Positions 13,301-26,200 are shown, counted from the first letter of the stretch. The stretch: 64,000 bases of DNA from Chiloscyllium plagiosum (GCF_004010195.1 NC_057711.1:72144845-72208844), one strand, 5' to 3'. Translations and numbers: made by a program. The notes: generated from the letters alone by a model not told the origin.

Positions 13301-14008
13301 TACGATTTTAAATGTTACAGTGATCGCAACAGTGCTTTTGAAAAGGTGGAAGCTATAGACTTTGTAGTCACTGCCAGTTTCTTTCATGGGATAGTTTCGT
13401 GGAAAAGGCTGGAGGAAATGCTTTACATCCATGGCTGAATCAGCCTGACAAGCACTCACACCGCCCCCTCCTCTTATTAATATTCCTTTTGATGTGCGCT
13501 TGTAAAACAGAGGATTGCCTGTTAATCTGCTGGATCTCCGGAGCTTTTGGCACTTACCCATAATTGATGTGTTCACATGACTACTGTCGGAGTACTAATG
13601 ATTAGATTGGTGGTGGGACTGTAATATCTTATCGTTAAATTAATGTCACCTTTTTAAGAAAATATTCTGTAGAAGCTTTGCTATTAGACTGAGGTAATTA
13701 CAAAATGCCCAAACACTTTTCTGATGCTTGGAACAAAGAAAATAATGTAAGTTACTCAAATCAAGAATGATATTGGAGAGTGATGTCCATTTCTTAACAG
13801 CATCACTAAAGCATGCGTAAAAGATTTAGTTGTAAATAGTTAGTATAATTATTTTTGGAATGTTTCTTCAGCCTTGCATTATTTAAAACTATAGTTTTAA
13901 ACAGGTTGGTGGTCATCAAAATATTTTATAGCACAATGCAGCATAAATTGAAAAATATGCAGTTTGTATTATGAGTATTAATATGCGATGAGTAAGGCTT
14001 GCACTCTA

Positions 14009-14058
14009 AGTAGTAGTAGTAGTGTGTGTGTGTGTGTGCGCGCGCTGGAGAGAGAGAT
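14009..14058. repeat. Compound microsatellite (AGT)n-(GT)n-(GC)n-(GA)n
   Basis: agtagtagtagtagtgtgtgtgtgtgtgtgcgcgcgctggagagagaga, read directly from the sequence. Confidence 0.9.
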
Positions 14059-15332
14059 CACCTAACATGTTGTCCCTCTCTCTTCATCGCTCCACTGTGG
14101 CTTTTGTGATGAATTGCCAGAATTTTGGTCATTATACAATAACACCTGGGAATAATCACATTAGAGTAACACAGTGGAAAGCAGTGTCTGATTCTAACAT
14201 TCTTTCCCTGTTTTAACAGACTGTCGTGTTCAGTGGTTTGAGATTTGTACACCTAATGTTTTATATTTGGCTGATTCCCACCCCACTTTCAGTTCCCCCT
14301 GCAACCACCATGAAGAAAATGGCACTGTGCGTTTAATTGCCTTCACAGTAGGATTGGATATGAAAACAGCATATGGGAGTAGGGAGAGGGAGCACTGTAA
14401 AATCAACTTTTCAAAAGTAGATACATTTAAAAATAAAATTAGGCTATTTTTGCTTATTTTTGGTGTGCTATATTAATTAATGTGGGAATTTAAAAGAACT
14501 TAATTTGCTCTGTGGAACAGATGGTATTAGTGTGCTGCCTCATGGAAATTGCCTCATCAGTGGCACATTGTTGGTGTTTTTACACTGAATGACGTGTGTC
14601 TCTTGTTTTTTATTCTCATTCAGTTTGAATTTTGCCGACGCGCATGGAAAAAATATGTCTTATAATAAGCTCCGCAGGGCTACATTTGATTACAGTCTTT
14701 TCCTTGCAGTAAGATTTGAAATGGTTTTTCAATAAACAGCAAGGAAGGTTTCATCAAAGAATGTGTCTTTCAGTATTAACATGATGACTGTCTTTCCCTG
14801 GAGCTTTATGTGTTCCAGCAAATCTTGCTTTGTTGGGGAAGGAGAGATTCGATCCTGATATCAGAGCCTTTTAAAAGTATTAAGTTACAAAGTACTGGGT
14901 TGGTATATTGAGAATGTAATACCATTGCCAATCGACAGTTTTATTACTGTGATCCGCGTGAATTGGATTGTAAGAATATGCCTGCGCTTACGATGAGCTG
15001 TTACCTACTGCAGTCCTGACTCTTAGAAGCCTCCTAATCTGAGTGGACAAGTTGCAGACATAATGGCTGATCCATTAAATAGGATGTCACATGCTCTTCA
15101 TTATGTGGTATTTCATGACATGTCAAACCCATAATAATCGTATGGGCTTCATTTTTCTCCCTTGATGTAAAATACAATGAATGTGACAGATCAGTGCAAG
15201 TAGAACAGAAGGGCTACAGTGTGATTTTTCCAGCAAATGTAATAATCTTTGTCCAGGTGCAGACATTCCTTGTGCCTAATGGTGGGGTTAGAATTATGCT
15301 GGAGAATAGTTATTAATGCACTCTGAGGCTGC

Positions 15333-15552
15333 CATAGGGTCGTAGAGTCATAGAGATATACAGCACGGAAACGGACCCTTTGGTCCAACTCGTCCATGCT
15401 GACCAGATTTAAATAAATCTAGTCCTATTTGCCAGTATTTGACCCAAATCCCTTCCTATTCATGTACCCATCCAGATGCCTTGTAAATATTGTAATTGGA
15501 TCAGCCTCCACCACCTCCTCTGGCATCTCATTCCATTCATGCACCACCCTTT
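15333..15552 (-). mobile_element. CR1/HER1-type LINE 3' end
   Basis: tagagtcatagagatatacagcacggaaacggaccc...cagcctccaccacctcctctggc, a near-copy of 46603-46825 and 37699-37864. Confidence 0.85.
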
Positions 15553-15644
15553 GTCCTTTCTTGCAAGTCATTTTAAGTCATCAGAATGGATTGGAAGTGC
15601 TTCATAACTTATGCCTTTTTTGTAGCTGATGCCATCACTTGACC

Positions 15645-15915
15645 AGGGCTTGACAGAGTGATCCTGAGAGGATAGTATCTCCCACAAGGAGATAGCAGAA
15701 CTAAGTGTCAGAGTTGCAAAAAGCTTGCGTCTCCTGTTTATGAGGCTGAGATAAGGAGGATTTTGTTTCTCTCAGAGGGTCATGAGTCTTTGGGACTGAT
15801 GGTTTCTTGACTAACAAGGGAGTCATTGGTTTTCAGGGGAAGTTTGAACGTGAAGTTGAGGCCTCAATCAGCGTAGGTATGATATAAAGAAGCTGAAGAT
15901 CCTGCTCCTATTACT
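15645..15915 (+). mobile_element. Degraded CR1 ORF2 3' end
   Basis: agggcttgacagagtg...gagatagcagaactaag...gagataaggaggattttgtttctctcagagggtcatgagtctttggga...cctgctcctatt. Confidence 0.6.
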
Positions 15916-16059
15916 TATTTATATACAGTAAATTGGTGATCATGTATGCAAGAAGTGCCCAACTGCAGCTAAATTTCAAAGTAAATTCACTGTCGTGCAT
16001 CTGTGCTGCTGGGTAACGCGTTCAGTGAGGGGGGGGGGCTTCACGTGATGACTGAACAG

Positions 16060-16793
16060 GCAGAGTAGAGGAAATGCCTGTAGCTACCCCACTCTCTCGT
16101 GGATACACTCATGGAAACTGTTGAGGAAGATGACTGTGCAGGGGAGAACAATGGGAGCAACCTTCATAGTACCATGAGAGGAGATCTGCTGCACAAAAGG
16201 AACAGTAGGGCTATAGAGTTGGGGAATCAATTGTAAGGGGAACAGATAGGTGTTTCTGTGGCCACAAAGGAAACTCCAGGATGGCATGTTGCCCCCCTCT
16301 TGCCAGGGTCAGGGTGTTTCAGAGTAGCTGGATGGGGAGATGTGGGCAAACAGACAGCCATGGTAGTACATGTTGGTACAGTGATGTAGGTAGGAAAAGG
16401 GATGAGGTCTTGCAAGCAGAATTTGGGAAGCTTAGTGAGTACAAGGTTGAGGTGTGTAAAATTGTGAGGGCCATAGACAGGAAGTAATATTTCCCTTTGG
16501 TGGAGGGATCAATGACCAGGAGACATAGGTTTAAGGTAAGAGGCAGGAGGTTTGCAGGGGATGTGAGGAAGAATTCTTATCACCCAGAGGGTGTGGGAAT
16601 CTGGAGTTCACTGCTTGAAAGGGTAACAGAGACAGACACCCTCATAACATTTAAGAAGTATTTAGATACACATATGCAATGCCAAGGCATAGAAGACTAT
16701 GGACCAAGTGCTAAAATATGAGATTAGAATAGTTAGGTTGTTTTTGATCAGCGCAGAACGGTTTTTTTCTGTGACTTAAACCTCTATGACTCT
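16060..16793 (+). mobile_element. Internally deleted CR1: ORF1 esterase-like segment joined to the ORF2 C-terminus and 3' UTR
   Basis: 16200-16435 gives degraded GDS-IVRGTDR...DVGRKRDEVLQAEFGKL (ORF1 type). 16447-16720 gives EVCKIVRAIDR...TRRHRFKVRG...FKKYLD (ORF2 end). The tail is ctctatgactct. Confidence 0.75.
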
Positions 16794-17622
16794 GTAGTCA
16801 CCATGCACTCATCCCAATGGCTGTTGGATGTGTATATAGAGAAATAAGTTGACAATCTCACTGACTCTCCTTTCAAATGATCAAAGGTCGGAACTATGCC
16901 ATACTTTCGGGATCATTGTCAAAATTTGAAGAAATTTTAGTATAGACCTCCAGAAGGAGGAGGTTTGCAATCCCTCCAAAAAGGAAGTTGCAGCTAGGTA
17001 GTGCAGAATAATTTTGTTTATAATTGTTCAGTGACTTTGTTCCCCATGCATGCAAATGGGGAACAAAGGATTGAACTCACTGAAGACCCATCAGTTCAAT
17101 TCATTGGGTTTTCCCTAAAAGAGGTGCTGCAGGGCTCTCATTCGTAGGCAAGACTCCAGACATCTCATTAAAATCCACACAGTATGAACTTTCACAAATG
17201 CAACTTCCTGTGGGGGTCATTGATATTTTGCACATGCTAATTGTGACTTTTTACACAGTACGATTTTCTTTGCTGAGGAATAAGAGGATAAAATTGATTA
17301 TTTCTGATGGTTCTTATCGTTCCTTAATGTTGCAGACTTCAACATGCTTTCCAAAGGCAACTAACTATATTTATGATGACTTAATTAACATTTTTAAAAC
17401 AACAGAATGTGTGAATAAGTATATTAATTGGCAATGAATGTTGGATGACACTTTCCATTGTGTATGAGTATGAAAAAATGTTTGTTTATGGCAAAGTTGT
17501 TGGGATGTGCTAAAATTTACTTGAAGCAAGAAAAAAAACTGATGAACTAAGTCCTAAATTCTGTATATTAAGTTGTTATTCTATCGATGCACATGGGTAA
17601 CGTTTTTCTAATTTTTTTCCAG

Positions 17623-17875
17623 GTTGATCCCTTGTTCACTGTGCCTGCACCTCCACCACCAATCTCTGTGAGCATGCCACCTCAGATTCTGCCTTCTTAC
17701 TTTCCATCTTCATCTAGCATAGCTGCACCAGTTGAGCAGCTTTTAGTAAGAACTCGTTCAATGGGTATAAATACGTGCGAGGTTGGAGTAGTGACTGAGC
17801 CGGAATGCCTTGGACCTTGTGAGCCGGGAACTAGTGTAAACCTGGAAGGGATTGTGTGGCATGAAACTGAGGAAG
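17623..17875 (+). CDS. ZNF608: ZNF608 internal coding exon ([13 protein letters not shown]...[28 protein letters not shown]), phase 0 start, phase 1 end
   Basis: Acceptor tttttctaatttttttccag ends at 17622 and donor G|GTAAG starts at 17876. The 253-nt exon is open throughout. The translation matches the ZNF608/ZNF609/Brakeless conserved block. Residues [10 protein letters not shown] and WHETEEG match my recollection of ZNF608 rather than ZNF609 (CDVALATEPE, WQETEDG). Confidence 0.96.
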
Positions 17876-18149
17876 GTAAGAGGTTTTAAATCATTTATAT
17901 ATTTTGTGATAACATCTGAGGCAGCATGTTTAAGTAACCAGGTGAAGTTTGTGTCAGCTTGTAAGGTTTGGATTGAAGGGAAAGTTAAGCACACATAGGG
18001 CTGGAAACTTGCACAGATAGAATTGGACAAGAGCTTGTCCACCATTCAGTACTGCATGAGCAAACATCTTTCCCCCTAAGCACTGGGAAAAATTAAGACA
18101 TTATCTTGAGTTCCCCCTTACAAATTCTATTCTGTAACCACTGAGTCTA

Positions 18150-18828
18150 CTACCACTGTCTAGCAACTGTCTGAAGTTGAATTGAACTGTTCAGCACCTC
18201 GGTGATTTATTTTGACTGTGAGATGAGCTTCTGACCACAGATCAGTGTCATTGCTAAGACCACCTATTTCCACCACTGTGAAATCATCTGAATCATCTAA
18301 CCTCAGATGTTAGATGTGTTCCATCTAAACCCCATTATCCCAGCGTGTCTCCAGCCTTCTTATACTAAACTGCTGCTATTATATCCCAGCTTGTACTGTT
18401 CACCCATCATCCTGTATTCTGAGACCCACTTCAGACCCATTTTAGTGACCTCTTCATTTTAACATTCCTATCATTTTTAAATGCTTCCTTAAGATTACTC
18501 CTCCCCAACCTTCTCAATCCCTACAGCCCTCTGAGATATTTGTGACCCTCCATTCTGGAGTCTTTGATTTTTGTCACTGCACCAATCCTGGCTTTGGCCT
18601 TAGCGAAGAAGGACATTCGCTCTGAAAATCCCCCACGAAACCCACCCAACTCTCTTCTACCTCTCTTTTCATGATATATTCCTTAAAACCTCCGTTGACA
18701 AAACTTAAAGTCATTTGCCCTAAAATGTCCTTGTTTGCTTTGGTGTCAAAGTTTTATTTGGTATCTCTTCTGCCAAGTATCTGCCAAGTACCATGTTATC
18801 GGTGCTCTGTAAATGTCAGTTGATGCTG
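18150..18828 (+). mobile_element. Degraded L2 LINE 3' portion
   Basis: cacctcggtgatttattttgactgtgagatgagcttc...ctaagaccacctatttccacc (LGVxFDxxMSF...KTTYFH-like) and an L2-type tail ggtgctctgtaaatgtcagttgatg. Confidence 0.65.
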
Positions 18829-21800
18829 AAGGGAGTTGGGAGGATAGTGGTGTACAACATGAATCAAATGGGCAGAGTTAGTTGTTTCTGTGCTGTTTCA
18901 GTTATAGTTCAAGGAATTGCTTTGAGGTAAGTTGCTGGCAACCAGGAATAGATTTTGTTCTTCCAGTTTTTTGTCCCCCTTATTTCCTGACAATTTTTAA
19001 TGACACTAATTTTTACTGGAATACAATTTCCCAGTTGCAAGTCATCTTTTCAAAACAGGGAATTCCTTTAAGTGTGACTCTCGGCTGTGTGTTTTGGAAA
19101 GTTGTTTGAACTTAGAGGGCATCAAATCTAAGCTCAATCCTCCCTTACCTAATATCAACCAGTGTACTTTCTGACTGATGACTAATTCGGGTCAGGAACC
19201 TGAACTTTATTATTTCTCCCCACTCACCTAATGTTCATTTGCAGCAACGACAGCCCTAACTGAAATCATCTAACTCAGTCCTAGCTGTGAGCTGATGGAC
19301 CTTGGTATTCGCATGATTTCGGGCTCAATATTTGAGTCCAGTTTTCAAGATGTTTGTGTGAGATCATGTGAGTGGTAGAGACACCGCGAAAGTATTACAG
19401 AAAGTTGCCCTTTGTGAATTCCAACAAGTTTACAATTTGCTAGCTGTGCTACTAGCTCAGGACTCTGTGCCATGTAAAAGCAGATTTAACGCTCAAAGCT
19501 TGCATCATTTGAAGTCCCTTACCCCCGCTTAAAGGCAGTACTGAGACACGGCTGTTAACTGTATGTTTGGCAGTTTCGAGTTGTGAATTTCAGCACCTGG
19601 GGCTGGGGGTGTGGGGGGGGAGGGGTCATGCAGAAAGTTAAAAAAATCAGTTTGTCTGGAGAAACTTGTACTTCCCCTTCTGCACTTGTGGTTGTGGATT
19701 TGTAACCTTTCGGTGCTTTTCTGCGGCGTTGTACCTGACTGTGCAGCATTGTTCAGTAGGCTTTCTTTTTTGGTTTACTGTGAAATATTGTAATATTTTT
19801 CATTATATGTTTCCTGAAATTGGAGAACTGAATAATTCAGGTTTTCCTCAGTATATTCAGGGATGATACAGTGCTGGGGGCAAAGGAGCCCTCATTACAA
19901 AAGATGTGTCATGTGTTCTGTTCTCATCATGCAGAAGGAAATTGGAATTTAGCGCCTGAACAATTAATATTTAGAAAGTTAGAGTTAAAGTTAGAACATG
20001 TTTGTGGTTAGCAGCTCTGGTTTAGTGTCTGCACTTTATACAACACTTATTCTTTGTGTTAAGTAATAGAAAGAAGCTTTTTTTTCACATGGTCAGTGAC
20101 TAATGTTAAAAATAGCTGGGGGCTTTTCTAAATTCAATACAAAATGTGACGCTAGTGTGTTCAAAATAACTTGGCTCCTGGAAACGATTTCCTCCTGCAC
20201 CAGAATGTGTGGCTGTTTGTGGCGCAATAAGAAAGCCTGTGGTGACCTTAATGGAGTTATTCATGGTGAATCAAATACCCTTCTGACCCACTGAATATTT
20301 TATGCTTGATTAGAATTAATAGTTGAGGAGAAAGCGATCCCTGCATCTCAGTGTAGATGTAATTTTCTCTTACATTTTTTTCTTGAGTCTGAAGGTTTTT
20401 TTTTCCCTGTGTAGTTGAAGTAGTAATCCTCTATCTAAATCTGTTCGATAACAGTGAAATTACACACAAAAGCTTTTCCCTCCCTCACTGACCAAACAGT
20501 AACAAACAAAATATAATTGAATCATGTAAATTAGTAGCCTCAGTGGATGAACAGTAATAATCAAGAATATGCTCCCCATATTTATCAAAGGATTAAATTA
20601 CATACTGAGCTAATTAAATGTTGCAAGAGTGAGGTCTTTTCTGCTGTCCTTCAAATAGAAATAATGGCAGAAATGTATAAAAAGATGTGCTTTGGATTCA
20701 GATGCAAAACTAGGTTTGCTTTTGTTGTGAAAACTGGATCGGGGATTAATGACAAATATTTCATTTATAAAACTATTCTTAAATTGGTGCAATGCTCTTG
20801 TAAGGCAGTTTTTCTCTTTCCATCTTTTTAAAATAGATTGGGATTGCTCAGTATGGTTGTCTGGGATGTTGCCTGTGGCCATTCTGACTCCTTTGTGTTA
20901 TTGGGTCTAGGGCACTTTGCTAATAAATATGAAAAAGTGTAGTGTAGGCAGAAGAGAGAAAGGTGCCAAGGTTTAGCCTGTTGGCAGTAGAAAACAAATG
21001 AGTCCCGCATTCTTAGTGAAAAGACGATCAGTTCTTTACTAATGCCAGCGAAGCAGAGGATATTATTATGCAAAAGTTCCAATCATCGGGAGTGATAATT
21101 TGAAGGTTGGAGAGGGCTATTGCCTAAGGCTTGAATTGCTAAGCGAACCAGTACAATGGACTTGTAGAAACAGCTCAGATGTCAAACCGAATGAAAGGCA
21201 ATTCTTTCTCCAGCTCTGTTTGTTAAACCATTTGCACACAGCAAAAAGGAAACAAATGGGCTACTAAGCTCCAGAAGATGGCTAATACCTGGCATGACAA
21301 ATTGCCTCAGGAGACCATTACATAAACTGTCAGACCTTCTTCTGGCTCCGATTATCTAGTGTGAATGGAGAGGAAAGGCAAGATTTTTCAAAAGCATTTT
21401 TCTTAAACAAAAAAGGTCAGGCTTTAATAGTGTTTGCGTACTGTAGCAATGATGTGAATATTTGTGAAGATCGCTGCAGCATAGGGATATGTAACCACAG
21501 AAAAGAGTCTTGCATACTGAGCTAAATTTTGCGATACATTAATGGATTTAATTGCATGAGCAGTGAGCTTCAATGTATTCATGAAACTAGAAGCTAATAT
21601 ATGTTTTACTATATGTAATGCGATTTTAAGCGAATACGATGATAGTGCTTTTCCATGTCATTTTGTTCATTATATTTAAGCTGTTTGCTAAAGTCAAATG
21701 TATAACATTAGAAAAAGATTTAAATTGTTAATTCAGGGAAAGACAAGTTGAATTTTTCCTACGTGCTTTTTGCATTGAATTAACATATTTGATTTTCCTA

Positions 21801-22582
21801 ACACTAATTGCAAAAGAGTAGATCTGCTTTAGTGTTTATTGGTACCTAGGATTATCTCCAATGTTTAAACATAGCTCAGAAACAAGCATCCCCACAGCTT
21901 GGTGTGATGCCCAGTTGTGACTGGATGGATTGTGAACAACATCTTGTGGATTTGTATGAAATATGTAGCTGGCCCACATTAGCTGCCACCTGCCAGACAC
22001 AGAAGCTCAATGCTAGGTCCCTTGTGCCTCTTGTACATACACAACAAAAATATTTCATCACTAAGAAAATGCTAAAGGAATAAAGGGGGAGAGAAGGAGA
22101 GAGTCTGCCAGACAAGACAGTCTGACCGTCTCAATCTGCAAACCCGTGGGTGTGCTGTAGCTTGAAAAGGATAATGAGGCCCAGTTGTTATGGGGGAGGG
22201 GATTTGCTTGGAGACTTGAGTATGTTAGTCTGGTAAAGGGACTGATTCAGAGTCATAATAAAAAAAATTAGTGAGTTTGAAGGTGTTAAGTGATGACAGA
22301 CGAAACTGCTAGCCTATTGTGAAGAATGGTGAGTGGTAGAGAATAGGTTAGTAAATAGAGAGGAAATTGTGTTACTGAAATTACAGAGAACATTACAGCA
22401 CAGGATTTCTCACTGCTAGTTGAACAAACAGAATCTGCCATTGAATAATTTATGACTGATGTCTGAATTGCTTTATTGTGATACTGTTGCTGTCTCCAAC
22501 TCAGGTAGTGTCAGATGGCTGATGGCACAGGATGTGAAAATATAAAAAGATAGGGGTCAAGAATGGAAAATCCAGTGACTTT

Positions 22583-23492
22583 ATGGGCATTATTTTTACC
22601 TCCCTGGAGAAGGGAAGAAGGGGGAATAATGGAAGGAGTTGACTTTAGAGAGAAACATATCTCTTCACGCCATCACACCTGGATAGGAGGCTTAAAGACA
22701 ACCCTCTCCACCAATAACTAATTCAGGCCCTTAGGTAGTCAAGAATGGCCACTTTATGGCCTCAACCAGCCAACTTCAGGATCACGTGCCTTTGTGGTGG
22801 GCGAGAAAGATAGTTAGATGCCTGAGTTGGAAGCCAGGGTGACCTGCCTGCTGGGCTTGAAGGGGAGGGGGGTGGCCCCAATTACCTCAGTCCAGGGCAT
22901 TTATGGCAGGCAAGAGGGTGGCCTTTGAAAACCATCATTTTGCCATTGCCTTTGACCTCCCCTGCACAGTCCCAACAACATACCCTCCCCATCTCTCCTT
23001 TTGACAAGAAGATAAAGACAACTCGCTTTCTCACCATAGAATCCCCCAAGAAATAAGCTTCAACTAGCAGTCTGTAGGACGCAGAAGCTGACTGTATGTG
23101 AGGATGGCAATCTGAGACATCAGTGCTGGGGCTGTGAGATTCAGCTGGAAACTTGCCCAATCTCCCCCACCAGCTCTTCAAGGAGCAGGCGGTATTGGCA
23201 AGTTTTCATGGTGATGGGGGTGATGTGTTGGTCATCACTGAACACTGTCACCCTCACACTTTAAAACAAAAGTAGAAAAAAACCCATCTTGCAGCCTGTC
23301 TCTCTTTACAGGCGCACGAAACTCTCCTGGGAAGGAAGTCCAGCCAAATTTGCTTTGAAGTATACATAAAATAACAGGCCGTTAATGGCCTCTGCCTGGG
23401 GAAGGCCAGTTAGGAAGTGACAACACGAGGTCACTGAGAAAACCCCAGTGCCGTTTGCCAGTTTTCCTTTTGAAGGAGAATTCTGATTGCCT
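22583..23492. mobile_element. GC-rich degenerate non-autonomous DNA element (MITE-like; possibly PIF/Harbinger-derived)
   Basis: Abrupt GC rise, ends gggcattattttt...gaattctgattgcc, and an internal imperfect palindrome at 22725-22762. Similar blocks occur at about 6278-7060, 9280-9562, 40910-41762, 44848-45512 and 47150-47456. Confidence 0.4.
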
Positions 23493-23909
23493 GTTCTTGC
23501 TGTTGGGTGGGTTGGTGTTTCAGTTCTAGATAAGGATCAGAACTGTTCATTGTCACCATGTTGTATTTTTAATTGTTGCTGTCTAATTTTATTTTTAAAA
23601 ATTTGAAATATGGATGACAGCCAATTTTCATTTCAATAAGTTTGAATACTGAAATTGTGCTATTAATCATTGGTAATCCTTTGTTTAAAAAAACGCAGAC
23701 AAGGCACATCCAGGATTGTTAATGGCTCAGGAAATGTGCATATTTCAAATTACTTTGTTCATTACTTTTTGGTAAATGGTTTGGTTAATCATAAAATGTA
23801 TGGTGAGTGACTATGCAAGTGGTCCACAAAACAATGTTTATTTTAATATTTCTTTGCATCCTATAAAAATACTTAGTTAGCTTTTGGCTGACCACTTATT
23901 TTCTATTTA

Positions 23910-26200
23910 TTCTTAACTTGTGACTTGCTAACAAAGCCAGCATTTATTTCCTTCCCTCAATTGTCCACCACCTTCTTAAAGTGCTGAAAATTCTGACACA
24001 TATTTTGTTCTGAAGGAAGTTCCAGGACTTTGATCCAGTGGCAATGATTATATCTCCAATAAAGATTTTGTGATTTAGAGGGAACTTGGCAACTTGGAGA
24101 TGTTGATGTTTCTATGTGTCATCTGTCCTTGTCTTTGCGGAGATAGAACACAACAGGTTTGAAAAGTACAGTTGATGGAGCCTGAGCTAGTTTTGCACTG
24201 TGTCTGAGGTGTGATGCATCAATACTGGAGGGAATGAATGTTTAAGCTGCCAGTCAAGTGGCCTGTTGCATCCTGGGTAATGTTGAGATTGTTGGAGCTG
24301 CACTCATCCAGGCAAGTGGAGTGTATTTCATCACATTGGGCCTTGCTTATGATAGACAGGCTTCGGGGAATTAGAAGGTGAGTTGTTCTCTGCAGCTTCT
24401 GACCTGCTATTGTAGGTTTCTGGTCAATAGTGACCCTTATTGATTGTTGAGGGATGGTAGTGTCATTGAGAAATGGTTAGATTCTCTCTTGTTGGAATTG
24501 GTCATTGCTTGCTATTTGTGTGGCACATATCTTACTCCCAATTTAGCAGCTTAAGCTTGTATGTTATCTCAGTTTAGCTGCACATGGACACAAGCTGCTT
24601 TGTTATCTGAAGAGTTGTAAATAGAAATGAACATCAGTTGTCTGTGAGCATCACCATTTGAATGGACGAGGTTATTGATGACATTGTTGAAAATCCTTGG
24701 ACAAAAGGGCAGTAGGAACTGAGGAACTCGAGTGGCGATGTCCATGGACTGAGATCTTTGGCTTCCAACAACTATACCAGTAACATTCTTTGGATAGCAA
24801 ATCCTCTAGTCAGTGGACAATTTCCTCCCTGATTCCAATTGACTTCAGTTTAGAAATTTAGGACTTATTGCTGCCACAGTATGTCGAATGATACTTCATT
24901 GAGAATGGCAGCGACATGCAGATCGCCTCTGGAATTCAGCTCTTTTTGCTGTGTGGAGTTGAATCCAAACTTGAGCATCAATGAGTAAGTACTGATTGGT
25001 CACACTGTTGACTACGCCTTCTGTCATTGGGGGATTGGTGATGGGGAATCGTCTGATTGAGTATGTTCACCTGGTCATTTTTCTGTTTAGTTGGGCAGTT
25101 GCAGCTGCTGTAGCTGGACCAGCCTGACTGAGGAGTATTTTGTTCTGCAGCTTTTAGGCCCATTGCCTTTAAAACACACAATGCACTCAGCTGTTTCATC
25201 ACTAAAGGGCTGATTTGGCTGAAGATTAGTTTCCATGATGATGAGGATCAGATGTGGTTGAGATGATCCTAACTGAAGATGGTTGTAAAGGCTTCAACCT
25301 TGTCTTTTATACTGAAGTGCTGGATGCCCTTGTTATAGAAGATGGGAAGGCTACTCCTCCAATCAGTTGTTTAATTGTTCAGCACCATTCACAACTAGAG
25401 AGTTTTGAACTATTTTGTTGGATGTGAGATAACTATGGCATATTGCTTCTGTGCATTAGCAAGTTCAGCATTGTAGCATCACTAGGTTGGTACCTCATTT
25501 TCACATGCCTGGCATTGTTCTTGGCATGCTCTCCAAAACTCCTCAATGAACTACAGTTGGTTTTCTAGCCTGATGGTTATGGTAAACTGAGGGGTTTTCT
25601 GGGCCATGTTATGATTGGGGATAATATTGCTGCTGAAGATGGTCCACATTGCCTCATGCATGCCTGTTTTCAGTTGCTGGATCTGTCCATACATAGTGGT
25701 AGACGTTCGCAGCATAGTAGAGCGTGTCTTCATCTCACCAACTTCATCTGCATATTAACTGTGCAGTGATCACTCCCACCAAGTAAAGGTAAAATCCTAT
25801 AGTCTCTGGTACTGCTTAGTCATAGACAGAGATAACTGGCGTTGAGTTTAACCTGAGGGTCACCAAATTTGAGGCGAGGGTTGAGGTTGAGATGGCTGGA
25901 CTTTCATGATGACTGCAGCCAGTACTGGACCTGAACCCGAACCCACACTGGCATCACTCTTTATCATAAACCGGCCCCAGCCAGCAGTAGATAGATGCTT
26001 CTACAACAAGTAGATTGCTGAAAACAAGGTTGAGGAGGTTTTCCTCTCCTGTTCATTCTATCAAATATGTCAAAAGGGCCTTTAGTCCTTCAGGACACAA
26101 TCTGTTGTGGTGCTACTAAACTAGGCATGGTAATGGGTGTCTGAGTCTTCTCTTAGAATACATTCTGTACCCTTGCAATTTAAAGCAGTAATTCCTGCAC
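23910..26200 (-). mobile_element. Long degraded non-LTR LINE (CR1/L2 group)
   Basis: Starts with the tail motif aagccagcatttatt...ccctcaattgtcc and shares ttgttggagctgcactcatccaggcaagtggag with 31250-31290 and 34870-34900. Confidence 0.7.
25790..25985 (-). mobile_element. tRNA-derived SINE (same family as 29683), nested in a LINE
   Basis: tttaacctgagggtcacc...gaggcgaggg...aggttgaga...cagccagtactggacctgaaccc...ggcatcactct. Confidence 0.65.

Larger units (their letters stand above)
1..17622 (+). other. ZNF608: 3' portion of the upstream ZNF608 intron (preceding exon lies outside the window)
   Basis: No recognisable ZNF608 N-terminal coding sequence in 1-17622, and the exon at 17623 begins at an acceptor rather than a start codon. 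Confidence 0.75.

Noticed and set aside
17587..17622. ATG-initiated N-terminus [12 protein letters not shown] of ORF 17587-17889
   Set aside because: It is the translated polypyrimidine tract and acceptor. Homology starts at VDPLF. The C-terminal KRF is likewise read-through into the intron.
18769..18790. 11-bp tandem duplication tctgccaagta x2
   Set aside because: A simple slippage duplication within an L2 relic.
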